Shown here piece by piece: positions 1 to 10,162 of a DNA stretch of 64,000 bases. The notes under the pieces were generated by a model. It was given only the letters and a program-made list of their open reading frames with translations. It made no database searches and was not told the origin of the DNA. A program made the translations under genes and the position numbers. Within the stretch, counting starts at the first letter, position 1. Each line of letters starts with the position of its first letter. The stretch is from Parcubacteria group bacterium (lineage in GTDB: Bacteria > Patescibacteriota > Minisyncoccia > Moranbacterales > UBA2206). The stretch spans positions 15,865 through 79,864 of the forward strand of contig JBAYWF010000005.1 of the NCBI GenBank assembly GCA_041674205.1, read 5' to 3'.

Positions 1-2
1 TA

Positions 3-971
3 TTCAGAATATTCTCGGTTTTTCTTGCTACCATCGCTATATATATCTCATTCCTTATTGCCAAGAACTCGGGATTATCCATAAAAAATTCATTGCTTAT
101 CAGCACGATAATCTCATTTCATCCGAAATTCTCCGATTATCTCACGAATATCAACTATGATGCTTTTATAATTCCTATTTTTTTCTTCTTTACGCTTAAT
201 GGCATACTAGCCCTAAAAAATGGTCCCGGTTGGAAAAATTTATCATTGATGCTATTGTCAGCTATTTTAGCATTTTTAACCAAAGGAACCGGCATCGTCC
301 TATTTGTAGCGTTCATTTTCCTTGTTTTTTATCTTATTTTTGAAAAAATCAAGAATGGAAGCCCGTTGCGCCTTCGCATTTTCTATTTTTTTTCCGCAAT
401 CTGCATCCTATGTCTAGGATTTTTTTCCAAAAAATACCTCCCCCTCCAAAATGGAATGGTAAAAATTTTTGAAACTTTCACTGAGTATATCGATAAAAGC
501 CTCACCCTTGGGAAATTAGCCCTTTCCTCAAGGACTTATTGGGGAAACGTTGGATGGGTGGACAGTTGGCTGCTCTCCCATTTTACGAACATAATTTGGA
601 TTATACAAGTCATTTCAGTTATTGGATTAATCTTATATTTTTTCACAAAAAACACCCCATCGTATCTGCCGAGAAAAAAATATGCCATTTTCTTTCTTGG
701 TATGATTTTCGCCCTTCAGCTGAGCATCCGGGCTTTCGACTGGCGGGTTTATGTCCATGAAGGCATCATATCGCTTGGCACGCCCGGGCGCTATTTCCTG
801 CCAAATCTGGTTTCACACATCATCTTGTTTTATACCGGGTTAGGCATGTTATTTCACAAGATCAAAAAGGAGCATTTTTTTGAATATTCACTGAAACTCG
901 GTGCAATCCTAATGTTTTCCCTATCGATGTATATCATCTTCGACGTGATAATTTATCGCTTTTATCTGTAA
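3..971 (+). CDS. 5'-truncated multi-pass membrane protein, GT-C / DUF2142-like glycosyltransferase
   Basis: Frame open from window edge; many TM helices; motifs NYD, LTKG, SxWGxxGW and GRYFLP typical of DUF2142/PMT-like proteins. Confidence 0.6.
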   Translation, partial: FRIFSVFLATIAIYISFLIAKNSGLSIKNSLLISTIISFHPKFSDYLTNINYDAFIIPIFFFFTLNGILALKNGPGWKNLSLMLLSAILAFLTKGTGIVLFVAFIFLVFYLIFEKIKNGSPLRLRIFYFFSAICILCLGFFSKKYLPLQNGMVKIFETFTEYIDKSLTLGKLALSSRTYWGNVGWVDSWLLSHFTNIIWIIQVISVIGLILYFFTKNTPSYLPRKKYAIFFLGMIFALQLSIRAFDWRVYVHEGIISLGTPGRYFLPNLVSHIILFYTGLGMLFHKIKKEHFFEYSLKLGAILMFSLSMYIIFDVIIYRFYL

Positions 972-1218
972 GAAACCTTACTCAAATTTTATCACGAAAA
1001 AATACTCTAAATTTATGGCCGCCTTTATCACATTTTATCTGTATATTGATAGTGCCTATATGCACCAGCTTAATGCGAGAGGGAACAAATACTGGGAAGA
1101 AATGATTTCATAGTGACATCCGAAGGTTCCATCTTTAAAAAGTTACGTTACCCAACATGCGTTGTAACCGCAGTCTATGATATACTAAAAGAATAGGATA
1201 CAATACTAATCAGCATTT

Positions 1219-1857
1219 ATGCCAAAAATATCCAGTAAAAAAATATTTTTAATCATCGTTTCAATCATCACACTATCCATCGCCTGGCGTTTTTTTGATC
1301 TGTTATCATTCCGCGATTCAAACATTGTCCTGCAAAAAGGACTAACCGTGAAATTGCGGCCCAAAGGAAGTCTCCAGCAAAAATTTGTTGCCAATCGCGA
1401 CGGGCTTACTAAGATTGAAGTCCTGTTACGCAGCCCAGGCATAAAATATGAAAATGGCGACCGGATGGAAATGAAACTTGCCGATGCGAATTGTGAAGAA
1501 AATTTGCGTACAGGCTATCTGGATGATTCATTTTTGAACACGGAAAATCTCTATGAATTCAGCTTCGACAGAATACCGGATTCTCAAGAAAAGGAATTTT
1601 GTTTGACCGCCACCTTTGCCAACAAAAAAGAAAGCGCCAAAAGCATCCAATTTTTCACTATGGGAGATGAAACAGGCCAGCCATTGTCAATCCGTCCAGT
1701 CTACAAAAACGCGCACATCTGGCAAGATTTTTCCGAACTCAACCAACGGATCTCCCAATACAAGCCGTGGTTTCTGAAACATTATTTCCTTGCGGCAATC
1801 GCGATTTCTTTCATTGTCATTTCCATTCTTTCCCTGATCCTTTTGATCCGGTTATAG
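1219..1857 (+). CDS. Hypothetical membrane protein (N- and C-terminal TM, extracellular beta domain)
   Basis: 212-aa ORF, ATG start, TM at both ends. Confidence 0.7.
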   Translation: MPKISSKKIFLIIVSIITLSIAWRFFDLLSFRDSNIVLQKGLTVKLRPKGSLQQKFVANRDGLTKIEVLLRSPGIKYENGDRMEMKLADANCEENLRTGYLDDSFLNTENLYEFSFDRIPDSQEKEFCLTATFANKKESAKSIQFFTMGDETGQPLSIRPVYKNAHIWQDFSELNQRISQYKPWFLKHYFLAAIAISFIVISILSLILLIRL

Positions 1858-1869
1858 GACTCCGCATTA

Positions 1870-1902
1870 AAAAAGCCATCCCACTTGATGGGATGGCTTT
1901 TT
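1870..1902. terminator. Bidirectional intrinsic terminator
   Basis: AAAAAGCCATCCCA-cttga-TGGGATGGCTTTTT between convergent genes. Confidence 0.85.
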
Positions 1903-1920
1903 GAAATGCTCGGACCGTTG

Positions 1921-2874
1921 TTATTTGACTTTATAATATTCCTTATACCACCCCACGAAATTTTTGATACCTTCTTCAATCCTGGTGGTCGGCTTCCAGC
2001 CGAGTTTCCTGAGCTTGCGGATGTCCGCCACGGTCGCCGGCACGTCGCCCGGTTGCATCGGCAACATTTTCTTCTTGGCTTTCTTGCCCAGGTTCTCTTC
2101 CAGCACTTCAATGTAGCGCATCAGGGTTTCTTCGCGGTCGCCGCCGATGTTCATCACTTCGCATTTGAGATTGGCGTCGATGACGGTGATGGTGCCGGAA
2201 ACGATGTCATCCACGTAGGTGAAATTGCGGCTCATCTTGCCGCGGTTGAAAACGTTGATCGGCGTGCCTTTGGTGATTCCGTCCGCGAAAAGGAAGAGGG
2301 CCATATCCGGCCGGCCCCACGGGCCATAGACGGTGAAATAACGCAATCCCGTCGTGTTCAGGCCGTAGATGTGGCTGTAGACGTGCGCCAGAAGCTCTGT
2401 GGCCTTCTTGGTGGCCGCGTAGGGTGAGATTGGCGTATCAACGCTATCTGATTCGGAAAACGGCTGTTTCTTGTTATTGCCGTAGACTGAAGAAGACGAA
2501 GCGTACACGAAATTCTTGATCTTGTATTTGCGGGACATTTCCAGCAAATTCAGCGTGCCTTTGATGTTCACATCTTCATAACCGAGCGGATCCAACAGCG
2601 AATTCCGCACGCCGGCCAAAGCCGCCAAACTCATCACCTTGTCCAATTTTTCCGTTTTAAAAATCCTCTCCAGAAGTTTGGTATCGCGGATGTCACCCTT
2701 GTACAGCTTGAACTTGTAGCCCTTGAGATATTTCTTGATGCGGTCTTTTTTTAGTTGCGGGTCGTAATAATCGTTGAAATTGTCGATCATCACCACTTGA
2801 TCCCCCCGGTCCATCAATTTTTTGGCCAGATTGGAGCCGATAAACCCCGCCCCGCCCGTAATGAGTATTTTCAT
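1921..2874 (-). CDS. NAD-dependent epimerase (UDP-glucuronate 4-epimerase, CapI/WcaG-like)
   Basis: GGAGFIG, YAATK, RYFTVYGPWGRPDMA motifs. Confidence 0.9.
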   Translation of the reverse strand: MKILITGGAGFIGSNLAKKLMDRGDQVVMIDNFNDYYDPQLKKDRIKKYLKGYKFKLYKGDIRDTKLLERIFKTEKLDKVMSLAALAGVRNSLLDPLGYEDVNIKGTLNLLEMSRKYKIKNFVYASSSSVYGNNKKQPFSESDSVDTPISPYAATKKATELLAHVYSHIYGLNTTGLRYFTVYGPWGRPDMALFLFADGITKGTPINVFNRGKMSRNFTYVDDIVSGTITVIDANLKCEVMNIGGDREETLMRYIEVLEENLGKKAKKKMLPMQPGDVPATVADIRKLRKLGWKPTTRIEEGIKNFVGWYKEYYKVK

Positions 2875-2918
2875 ACCGTTTATTTAAATTATTTGATTAT
2901 CCGATCGGCTTTTCCAGC

Positions 2919-4364
2919 CTAATTTTTCATTTGGAATTTCAAGTCGCCTTTCAAGACGCTTTCCTGGTTGAATTCTCCTTCCTTGGTTTTTATGTGGATC
3001 TTCACCGGCAAATCCCCCACTCCTGATTGTTTCTGGATCAATAATCTATATTCATCCGCGCTGAAATTGACCGGCAATTCATATTTTATCATCGCATCGG
3101 TTTCTCCGCCAATCAGCGTGTGCAGCATAAACCCGAAAGCGGTCTTGCCGAATTCATCGACAGTGCCGCCAATCGGCGAAACCATCTTGTTTTCCAAAAG
3201 CTTCGCTCCGGCCGGAACATATACCCGCAGATACGAATGGTAGTCGCTGGTCCGCCAATCCCCATAGGGCGCGGTGTTTTTATAGAGGATTTTGAGCGTC
3301 GCCACCGGTTTTTCCCCGGTCAAATCCAAGTCATAGGCCATCGAGCGGCGCATATAGTAGTCGGTTTTGAGCGCGCCCATATTGGCATCGACCATCATCA
3401 GATAGTCGCCCTGCCAATCCGCGGAAACTTTTCCGTCCCAATACACGCTTTCGACCAAACTTTGCAGTTCCGGGTCGGAAAAATTCAGCATAATATTCTT
3501 GTTTTTCAATTCATTATGGAAAAATTTCGCCAGCTTTGCCAGATCGCCGGCATTGGATAACTTTTCAATGATCACCGGTGCTAATTTTTTCATAATCCAT
3601 TTTCTGTTTTGCGTATCAAGGTTCTCGTCCAGCAGATATTGCTTCTCGACGATTTCTTCCAATTTCAAAGCAGCATTCGAACTGTCGAAAACGACCGAGC
3701 TGCCCGGAGCTGAAACCGGCCCCGTGATTTCCAAGATATCGTTGAACACCTGCGAGTTCACCGCGACCACTCCGTCAAACTTGCTTTGGCTGCCCGCCAG
3801 ACGCAGGAAATATTCCGCCTTATCCACATTGGTCGGAAAATCCGGAGAAAAATTGGAATCCCTGAATTTCCACTTTTTGAGCTGCATCATCCGTTGTAAC
3901 GCGTAGGGCGGGGTTATTTTAGCGGAAATTTTCTGATCCAACAGGTTGGCGTCTTCCACGAAAACCGAAACAGCCTCCCCATTTTTTATTTTTATGATCG
4001 CATATTGCCCCAAAAATCCGCCTCCCGGACGGAGCTCCATATTGTTTTGCAACAATACCAAAAAATTCCTGGTTACCCCGTCGCTTTTAGTGATGTCTTG
4101 GACCAGCCGGTTGACCACGTCCAATTCCTTTTTTTCATCCGCCGGAATCGGCAATAGGTTTGAAATCTTGCTGGCGACATTGAGCGCTTCGATGACCACC
4201 AGCTGCTTGTTTTTGATTACGAACCAATAGGCGGAAAAGGCGCCTAAAATAAAAAAGGCTGCCCAAGCGATTATGATAACATTCTTTTTGGTAAAAAATT
4301 TCTTGAGTCCCGCTTTGCCCCCGGCGATCCGCCCGCTACCCGATCCCCTTCCGTTTAAAAACAT
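2919..4364 (-). CDS. DUF4012 domain membrane-anchored protein
   Basis: LLQNNMELRPGGGFLG and RDSNFSPDFP motifs, N-terminal TM. Confidence 0.85.
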   Translation of the reverse strand: MFLNGRGSGSGRIAGGKAGLKKFFTKKNVIIIAWAAFFILGAFSAYWFVIKNKQLVVIEALNVASKISNLLPIPADEKKELDVVNRLVQDITKSDGVTRNFLVLLQNNMELRPGGGFLGQYAIIKIKNGEAVSVFVEDANLLDQKISAKITPPYALQRMMQLKKWKFRDSNFSPDFPTNVDKAEYFLRLAGSQSKFDGVVAVNSQVFNDILEITGPVSAPGSSVVFDSSNAALKLEEIVEKQYLLDENLDTQNRKWIMKKLAPVIIEKLSNAGDLAKLAKFFHNELKNKNIMLNFSDPELQSLVESVYWDGKVSADWQGDYLMMVDANMGALKTDYYMRRSMAYDLDLTGEKPVATLKILYKNTAPYGDWRTSDYHSYLRVYVPAGAKLLENKMVSPIGGTVDEFGKTAFGFMLHTLIGGETDAMIKYELPVNFSADEYRLLIQKQSGVGDLPVKIHIKTKEGEFNQESVLKGDLKFQMKN

Positions 4365-4465
4365 AATGCGTCTTCTTTTAATTAATTATTTTTTAATATC
4401 CATCAGAATTCTATCCCATTTCAGCCGGTTTGGCAAAATATCCCTTTGTCTATATAATTGAAACA

Positions 4466-6268
4466 ATGCAATTAAGGATACCCGCGGTCAATTTGGATAG
4501 AACCCAGCTTTTCACAATCTTTGTGCTTTTTTGGATTGGCTTAGGCTGGCTCGGCCTGGCTTTGTCGCTCCTGGGAATTTTTTATAACCTATTCTTAGCC
4601 GCTTACATATTTCTCGGCGGAATCGGCCTCGTCTACCTGATCGCTTTCAACCAGACTAGGATCGGAATCAACCACCGTTTTTTTCTGGTTTTTTTCCTGT
4701 CACTCCTGAGCATCTTTATTCTTTCCTATTACACCGTCCCGACCATTTTTTCCGGACGCGACCAAGGGACACTCAGCGAATCAGCTATCCAGCTGGCGCA
4801 AAACCACCGCCTGACTTTTTCTTTCCCGGCTGAAAAAGAATTTTTCCAAATCTACGGCCCGGGGCCGGCTTTGAATTTCCCCGGCTTCAACTACACGCCT
4901 AAAGGCGAACTGATGACCCAATTCCCCTTGGGCTATGTTTCCTGGCTGGCGGTTTTTTATTCCTTGGCCGGCCTCAACGGCTTCGTGATCGCCAATAGCG
5001 TGACTTTCCTGATTTTCATTTTTTCTTTCTATCTGGTCGCCCGCTATTATCTGCGCGCCCGATCCGCCCTTGCTGCCCTTTTTCTGGTCCTGACCTCTTT
5101 CATTTTTTCCTGGTTTTTCAAATTCACGCTCAGCGAGAACCTGGCGCTGATGCTCACTTGGTTCGGACTGTACGAATTCGTCCTGTTCACCCACAGTAAA
5201 AAACGTTTCTATTTGCTCGCCTCCATCACATCCTTCTCCATTTTGATCTTCACCCGCGTGGAAGCCCTGGGCTTCCTAGCGATCATCATCGCCATACTGC
5301 TCGTCAAATACAAGGATTGGAAATATCTGCTCTTCGTGGTCATCGGCAAAAAACTCCTCTTGCTGTTCGGCACTTTCATATTGCTCTATTTTTTCAACCT
5401 GGTACTGGACACCCAATCGTATATGCTGATGCTCAAAGGGATCCTCAGTCCTTTCATTTCACTGGGCTCCGGCCTTAAGGATTATTCTTTGCCCGCCTCG
5501 GTCTCAATCCTGGAAACGACCGCCTATGTCATCAAAGTCCTTTTCGCGTACGCTATTTTCAATTTCATCCTGTTCGGAATCATCGGCTTTATCTATCTCC
5601 TGAAACACCGCCGGTTTGAAATCATCGCCCCCTTCCTCATCATCCTGCCGACTTTCATCTATCTCATCCATCCGAGCATTTCCAGCGACCACCCGTGGAT
5701 GCTGCGCCGCTTCGTTTTCTCGATCGTTCCCATCAGCATCCTCTATACGGTCTGGTTCTTAGACTGGTTCTTAAAAAAAAGGGTTTATTTTTATGTCTTC
5801 ATCTTCCTGATGCTAGCAACCAATCTGATGGTTTTCATTCCCTACCTGACCATCTCGCCCAACAAAAATCTTCTGCCGCAAATCAAAGAAATCAGCGGCA
5901 ATTTCAAAGCCTCCGATTTGATCCTGATCGACCGGGACGCTACCGGCGACGGCTGGTCGATGATGACCGGACCGCTTAATTTCCTCTACGGCAAACAGGC
6001 TGTCTATTTTTTCAACCCCAAGGATTTGGATAAACTGGATTACAAGAGGTTCAGTTCGGTTTATTTCATAATCCCGGATGACAAATTGGATTTTTACAGG
6101 TCCAGCGGCCTGCTCAAAAGGCTCTCCGCCGTCAAAAATTATGAAATCAAAACGGATATGCTCGACATCGTGACCGGAGAAAAGCAGGAAATGTATGGCG
6201 CCGCGATCAGGCTTCCGGAAAACAAAAATATCACCGTCCATGGTAAAATATATCTGTTGAGGGAATAA
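4466..6268 (+). CDS. Multi-pass membrane protein, putative GT-C-fold glycosyltransferase
   Basis: About 13 TM; GRDQG loop, SE motif, HPWMLRRF; glycan-locus context. Confidence 0.6.
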   Translation: MQLRIPAVNLDRTQLFTIFVLFWIGLGWLGLALSLLGIFYNLFLAAYIFLGGIGLVYLIAFNQTRIGINHRFFLVFFLSLLSIFILSYYTVPTIFSGRDQGTLSESAIQLAQNHRLTFSFPAEKEFFQIYGPGPALNFPGFNYTPKGELMTQFPLGYVSWLAVFYSLAGLNGFVIANSVTFLIFIFSFYLVARYYLRARSALAALFLVLTSFIFSWFFKFTLSENLALMLTWFGLYEFVLFTHSKKRFYLLASITSFSILIFTRVEALGFLAIIIAILLVKYKDWKYLLFVVIGKKLLLLFGTFILLYFFNLVLDTQSYMLMLKGILSPFISLGSGLKDYSLPASVSILETTAYVIKVLFAYAIFNFILFGIIGFIYLLKHRRFEIIAPFLIILPTFIYLIHPSISSDHPWMLRRFVFSIVPISILYTVWFLDWFLKKRVYFYVFIFLMLATNLMVFIPYLTISPNKNLLPQIKEISGNFKASDLILIDRDATGDGWSMMTGPLNFLYGKQAVYFFNPKDLDKLDYKRFSSVYFIIPDDKLDFYRSSGLLKRLSAVKNYEIKTDMLDIVTGEKQEMYGAAIRLPENKNITVHGKIYLLRE

Positions 6269-6355
6269 TTTTTTAATCCCAGGACTTACGCATTTGCCGG
6301 GTTGGCGGATATCGCAAAATCAAACAAGTACGTAAGCTATGGATTTATCAAAAAA

Positions 6356-7699
6356 ATGTGGTTCGATTTGACCAAAGATGTCCCGCTCGCGGAAAAAGAT
6401 TACGCGCGCTACAAAAAATTCCAAACCGCCTTATACGCGCTGGCTTTCTTGCTGGCCGCCATTATGGCCGTCCGCGTGATTTTTGACGCACAGAATTTCA
6501 CTTTCTCTTTCACCAATCCGGACTCATCTAAAAACAGCATGGCCGTCCCGCGTTATCAAGGCGTCGATTCCCCCGTTGAGAACGGCCGCATTTCCGCCGG
6601 ACGCGACGTCTATTTCGATATGGCCGCGACAGGGACTTTTTCCAAGGCCGTCATCGAATTTCCGCAAGGCCAAGATTCATCCGGACCGGATTCCGGTTCG
6701 ATTATCGTCAAAAAATCATACCAGGCCTTCCTCTATCCGGAAGGCGATCCGATCGGATTCAAAGACGGATCGCTTCTTAAAAATAATGGCAACTATTATC
6801 TGGTTTCCCAGGGCACGCTCCGCCGGTTCGACGCTGATGCCGTCCCGGCTCTCGGCTACGCGCCCGATGCGTTCGTCGAAATCGCACCGGAAGAATTACG
6901 GTTCAATCCGGCCGGCCAACTGATCAAAGGCGATGAGGGCTATCCTGACGGCTCTCTCTTCAAAATCGACAGCGACTACTATTTACTAGAAGACGCCCGA
7001 TTGAAAAAATTCTCCAGCGAACAAGCTTTCCTCAGCCAATATGGACCGCGGCAAGCGCTGGAAAAAAACGCGGATATCTTTTCCAAATATCCATTATCCG
7101 AAATCCCTATCGGCTTCAGCGACGGCTCGCTCATCTCCTATGGCGAATCCGTCTATGTCGTCAGTGACAACAAGATCCTGCCGATCAACAATCCCGTGAC
7201 TTTCCTTGAGAAAGGTTTCGCCTGGGAGGATGTGATCGCTGCCAGCGCCGATGAAATCGCGCTCTATGAAAAAACCAAACTTTTCACGATCAAAAGCGTC
7301 CACCCGAACGGAACGATTTTCGCCAATATCGAAAACGCCGACCACTATATGGTCAAGGATTCCGAAAAGCATCTTCTGCCATCCCGGAATATCGTCGATT
7401 CCTGGTTGCACCATTCCTCGATTCCGGTTTCAGAAAAAAGTTTGGAAGCTGCCAGCCAGTGCGAAATCAAACAAGGTTTCTTCGGATCGTATTCCTGCGA
7501 AATTCCGATCGCAAGCCTCCAGCAATTGGCCGGCACCAACTACGAATTCATTATGAAATTGGACGATAGCACGAAAATCGATTATCTGAACGTTTCCTTC
7601 AAGAAAGACATAAGCCGGACCAACCTGGTCGCATTCCTACGCGATATCTATAATAAAATAAAAAACCGCTATGTTTCACAAGCTCCTCCGACGCTTTAA
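6356..7699 (+). CDS. Membrane-anchored surface protein with four DGSL-type tandem repeats
   Basis: N-terminal TM; repeats GFKDGSLLK / GYPDGSLFK / GFSDGSLIS / VHPNGTIF; start uncertain (6302 TTG or 6356 ATG). Confidence 0.7.
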   Translation: MWFDLTKDVPLAEKDYARYKKFQTALYALAFLLAAIMAVRVIFDAQNFTFSFTNPDSSKNSMAVPRYQGVDSPVENGRISAGRDVYFDMAATGTFSKAVIEFPQGQDSSGPDSGSIIVKKSYQAFLYPEGDPIGFKDGSLLKNNGNYYLVSQGTLRRFDADAVPALGYAPDAFVEIAPEELRFNPAGQLIKGDEGYPDGSLFKIDSDYYLLEDARLKKFSSEQAFLSQYGPRQALEKNADIFSKYPLSEIPIGFSDGSLISYGESVYVVSDNKILPINNPVTFLEKGFAWEDVIAASADEIALYEKTKLFTIKSVHPNGTIFANIENADHYMVKDSEKHLLPSRNIVDSWLHHSSIPVSEKSLEAASQCEIKQGFFGSYSCEIPIASLQQLAGTNYEFIMKLDDSTKIDYLNVSFKKDISRTNLVAFLRDIYNKIKNRYVSQAPPTL

Positions 7700-8063
7700 G
7701 CCGGAAAATACCATCCTAATCTACAAGCTGCTCAACGATTTGTTGTTGCTATGGCTAGCTCTTTTCGTTTTTTCCCTGGTCGCTGAAGGCTTGATTCCGG
7801 GCATAGTCTCGCAGCACCTGGAACTCTACAAAATAGCGCTCGCTATGCTTATAAATGTCGTATTGATCCGCGAGATGCGCAAGGAAGCGCGGATCGGAAG
7901 CGCATCCGCCACCGACAAAAAAATAGCTTGGCCGCTATTTTCCATCTTCCTTTTATTGCTTTTCAACAGTATGCTCAAATTGGATATCTATTTGAATCTC
8001 TTCATCTTAGCCGCGGTTTCAACGACCGGCTATCTCATTTTCAAAACGTTCCAAGATGAATAG
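7671..8063 (+). CDS. Hypothetical 4-TM membrane protein
   Basis: 130-aa hydrophobic ORF overlapping the upstream gene end. Confidence 0.7.
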   Translation: MFHKLLRRFKPENTILIYKLLNDLLLLWLALFVFSLVAEGLIPGIVSQHLELYKIALAMLINVVLIREMRKEARIGSASATDKKIAWPLFSIFLLLLFNSMLKLDIYLNLFILAAVSTTGYLIFKTFQDE

Positions 8064-8065
8064 CG

Positions 8066-9199
8066 TCAATTTTTCAAATAGTCTAAAGTCTCCGCGGCGC
8101 ATTTTTCCCAGGAGAATTTTTTTATCTGCTCCGTGCCCTTGGCGATCAGCTTAGCGCGCAATTCCCCATTTTCCAAAACGCGTTTGATTTTTTGCGCCAG
8201 ATCTTCGTGGCTGGCAGCTTCGAAATACAGACAAGCTTCGCCGCCGACTTCCGGCAAACTGGAATTGTCCGCGCAGATGACCGGCACCTTGGCCGCCATC
8301 GCCTCCAGGACCGGAATGCCGAAACCTTCATAGAGCGACGGGAATACGAATACCCCCGCCCCGCGGAAAAGATGCCCCACATCCTCAAATTTGAGCCTAC
8401 CGGGCATTTTGATATCGCCGGCAAACCGGCTTTGCCGGGCCATTTTGACCGTTCCTTCGCTCAACCAGGCCTTTTCCCCGACAATAACCAACTCTAAGCT
8501 TTCCAAAAAGCCATCTGCCTTCACCGCCCGACTTTTCAACGATTCGAAAGCCCTGATCAGGGTATCGAGATTTTTGCGCGGCTGGATGGCGCCGATATAG
8601 ATGATGTAGTTTCCCGCAATGCCCAATTTATTTTTGATTTCCGCTTCACGCGCCGCATCGCGCGCCCGGTCGAAAACATCCGGACTGAATCCGTGATGGA
8701 TGACTTTGACCTTCTCCGCTTTTATTTCCGGATATAATTTCAAAATGTCTTTCTTGGTCGCTTCGGAAATCGCGATTATCTTGTCGGCGGCCCGGATCGA
8801 ATAGTCGGCGAAAAAATTCAGCTTGCGCAAATCATTAGCAGGAAAATGTTGCGGAAAATATTTGAAAGCCAGATCGTGGATGGTAATTACGGTTTTCATT
8901 TTTTTCCGGCGGATCACCGGCAAGGCCGACATCGGCATCCATAGGACATCCGGAACGTTCCGCCATAATTCATAGGCCAGGCGCGTCTGGGTCCACAAAA
9001 ACGGAAATGGCTTGCGGATGACCGCATAGTTCGCAAAGACTGGCGGAGCCAGTTCGGGATTGAACCTATTCCTATGGTAGAGCCTGAAGTCGCTGTCGCT
9101 GTCCAACCGGCCGAAATTTTTCAACAGATTGGAGATATAGACCCGGGTCCCATCTATGCGCTTATGGTCGAGATCGGCGGCTTGGATGGCGATTTTCAT
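8066..9199 (-). CDS. Glycosyltransferase family 4
   Basis: TIHDL, PRKN, FPSLYEGFGIPVLEAM motifs. Confidence 0.93.
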   Translation of the reverse strand: MKIAIQAADLDHKRIDGTRVYISNLLKNFGRLDSDSDFRLYHRNRFNPELAPPVFANYAVIRKPFPFLWTQTRLAYELWRNVPDVLWMPMSALPVIRRKKMKTVITIHDLAFKYFPQHFPANDLRKLNFFADYSIRAADKIIAISEATKKDILKLYPEIKAEKVKVIHHGFSPDVFDRARDAAREAEIKNKLGIAGNYIIYIGAIQPRKNLDTLIRAFESLKSRAVKADGFLESLELVIVGEKAWLSEGTVKMARQSRFAGDIKMPGRLKFEDVGHLFRGAGVFVFPSLYEGFGIPVLEAMAAKVPVICADNSSLPEVGGEACLYFEAASHEDLAQKIKRVLENGELRAKLIAKGTEQIKKFSWEKCAAETLDYLKN

Positions 9200-9262
9200 A
9201 TCCTCTGCGAATTAAGAATAAATACCGGCAAGCAAGCGAATTCACGGATCGCTACGGAAATT

Positions 9263-10132
9263 TTATTTATTTTGAGAATTGATAAACTCCATCAGGTCGT
9301 ATTTGATATCCTCCCGATCCATCGCGTAGGCGAAAGTGGCCTTCAAATAATTCAACGGATCGCCGGTCGTCATCCATTCCCCGTCTTTCACTTCCTTGGC
9401 CGTAACCTTCCCGCCCCTTTCGACGTATGTCTTGATCGCGTCCGCTATCCATAATTCGTTTCCTTTCCCTAGCGGAGTATCTTTCAGTATGTCGATTATT
9501 TCCTGGTTCAATATATATCTGCCGAACACGGCCAACTGGGACGGAGCGCTTTCGATGCTTGGTTTTTCTACGATATCCTCCAATTGGCTCGTTTCTTTGT
9601 TCAATTTGACGACTCCATAGCGCACGACGTCTTTTTTGGGAACCTCTTGCACGCCGATCATCAGGTTGCCGTTTTTTTCATAATCCTCCACCATCTGTTT
9701 GGTGAATGAAACTTCCGACTTGACCAAATCATCGCCGAAGACGAAGACGAACGGCTCATCGTCCACCAGGCTGGCCGCCGATAAAACCGGCGTTCCGTTG
9801 CCATAGGGACCCTTCTGGCGCACATACACGAAATTCGCCATATCGGCGATTTTTTCAATTTTATCCGCCAAGCTATCCTTTCCATTTTTGCGGAGATCGG
9901 TTTCCAAAGCGATGCTATGGTCAAAATAATCCTCCAGCGGCTTCTTATCCCAGCGGGTGACGAAAATGATATCCTCAATCCCGGCCGCGACCAATTCCTC
10001 CACCACGAGATGGATAATCGGAGTATCCACGATCGGCAACATTTCTTTCGGCATCGATTTGGTGGCTGGCAATAGCCTGGTTCCTGAACCGGCAACGGCG
10101 ATGATAGCCTTCTTAATTTTTCTTGTCGTCAT
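9263..10132 (-). CDS. galU: UTP--glucose-1-phosphate uridylyltransferase
   Basis: KAIIAVAGSGTRLLPATKSMPKEMLPIVD, VEKP. Confidence 0.9.
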   Translation of the reverse strand: MTTRKIKKAIIAVAGSGTRLLPATKSMPKEMLPIVDTPIIHLVVEELVAAGIEDIIFVTRWDKKPLEDYFDHSIALETDLRKNGKDSLADKIEKIADMANFVYVRQKGPYGNGTPVLSAASLVDDEPFVFVFGDDLVKSEVSFTKQMVEDYEKNGNLMIGVQEVPKKDVVRYGVVKLNKETSQLEDIVEKPSIESAPSQLAVFGRYILNQEIIDILKDTPLGKGNELWIADAIKTYVERGGKVTAKEVKDGEWMTTGDPLNYLKATFAYAMDREDIKYDLMEFINSQNK

Positions 10133-10162
10133 AATTTTATCTTGAATGATGTTAAAAAATTA

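Noticed and set aside
972-1200. Small ORF at 1015-1113 or ncRNA in the spacer
   Set aside because: 32 codons with no motif and no supporting signals or clear structure
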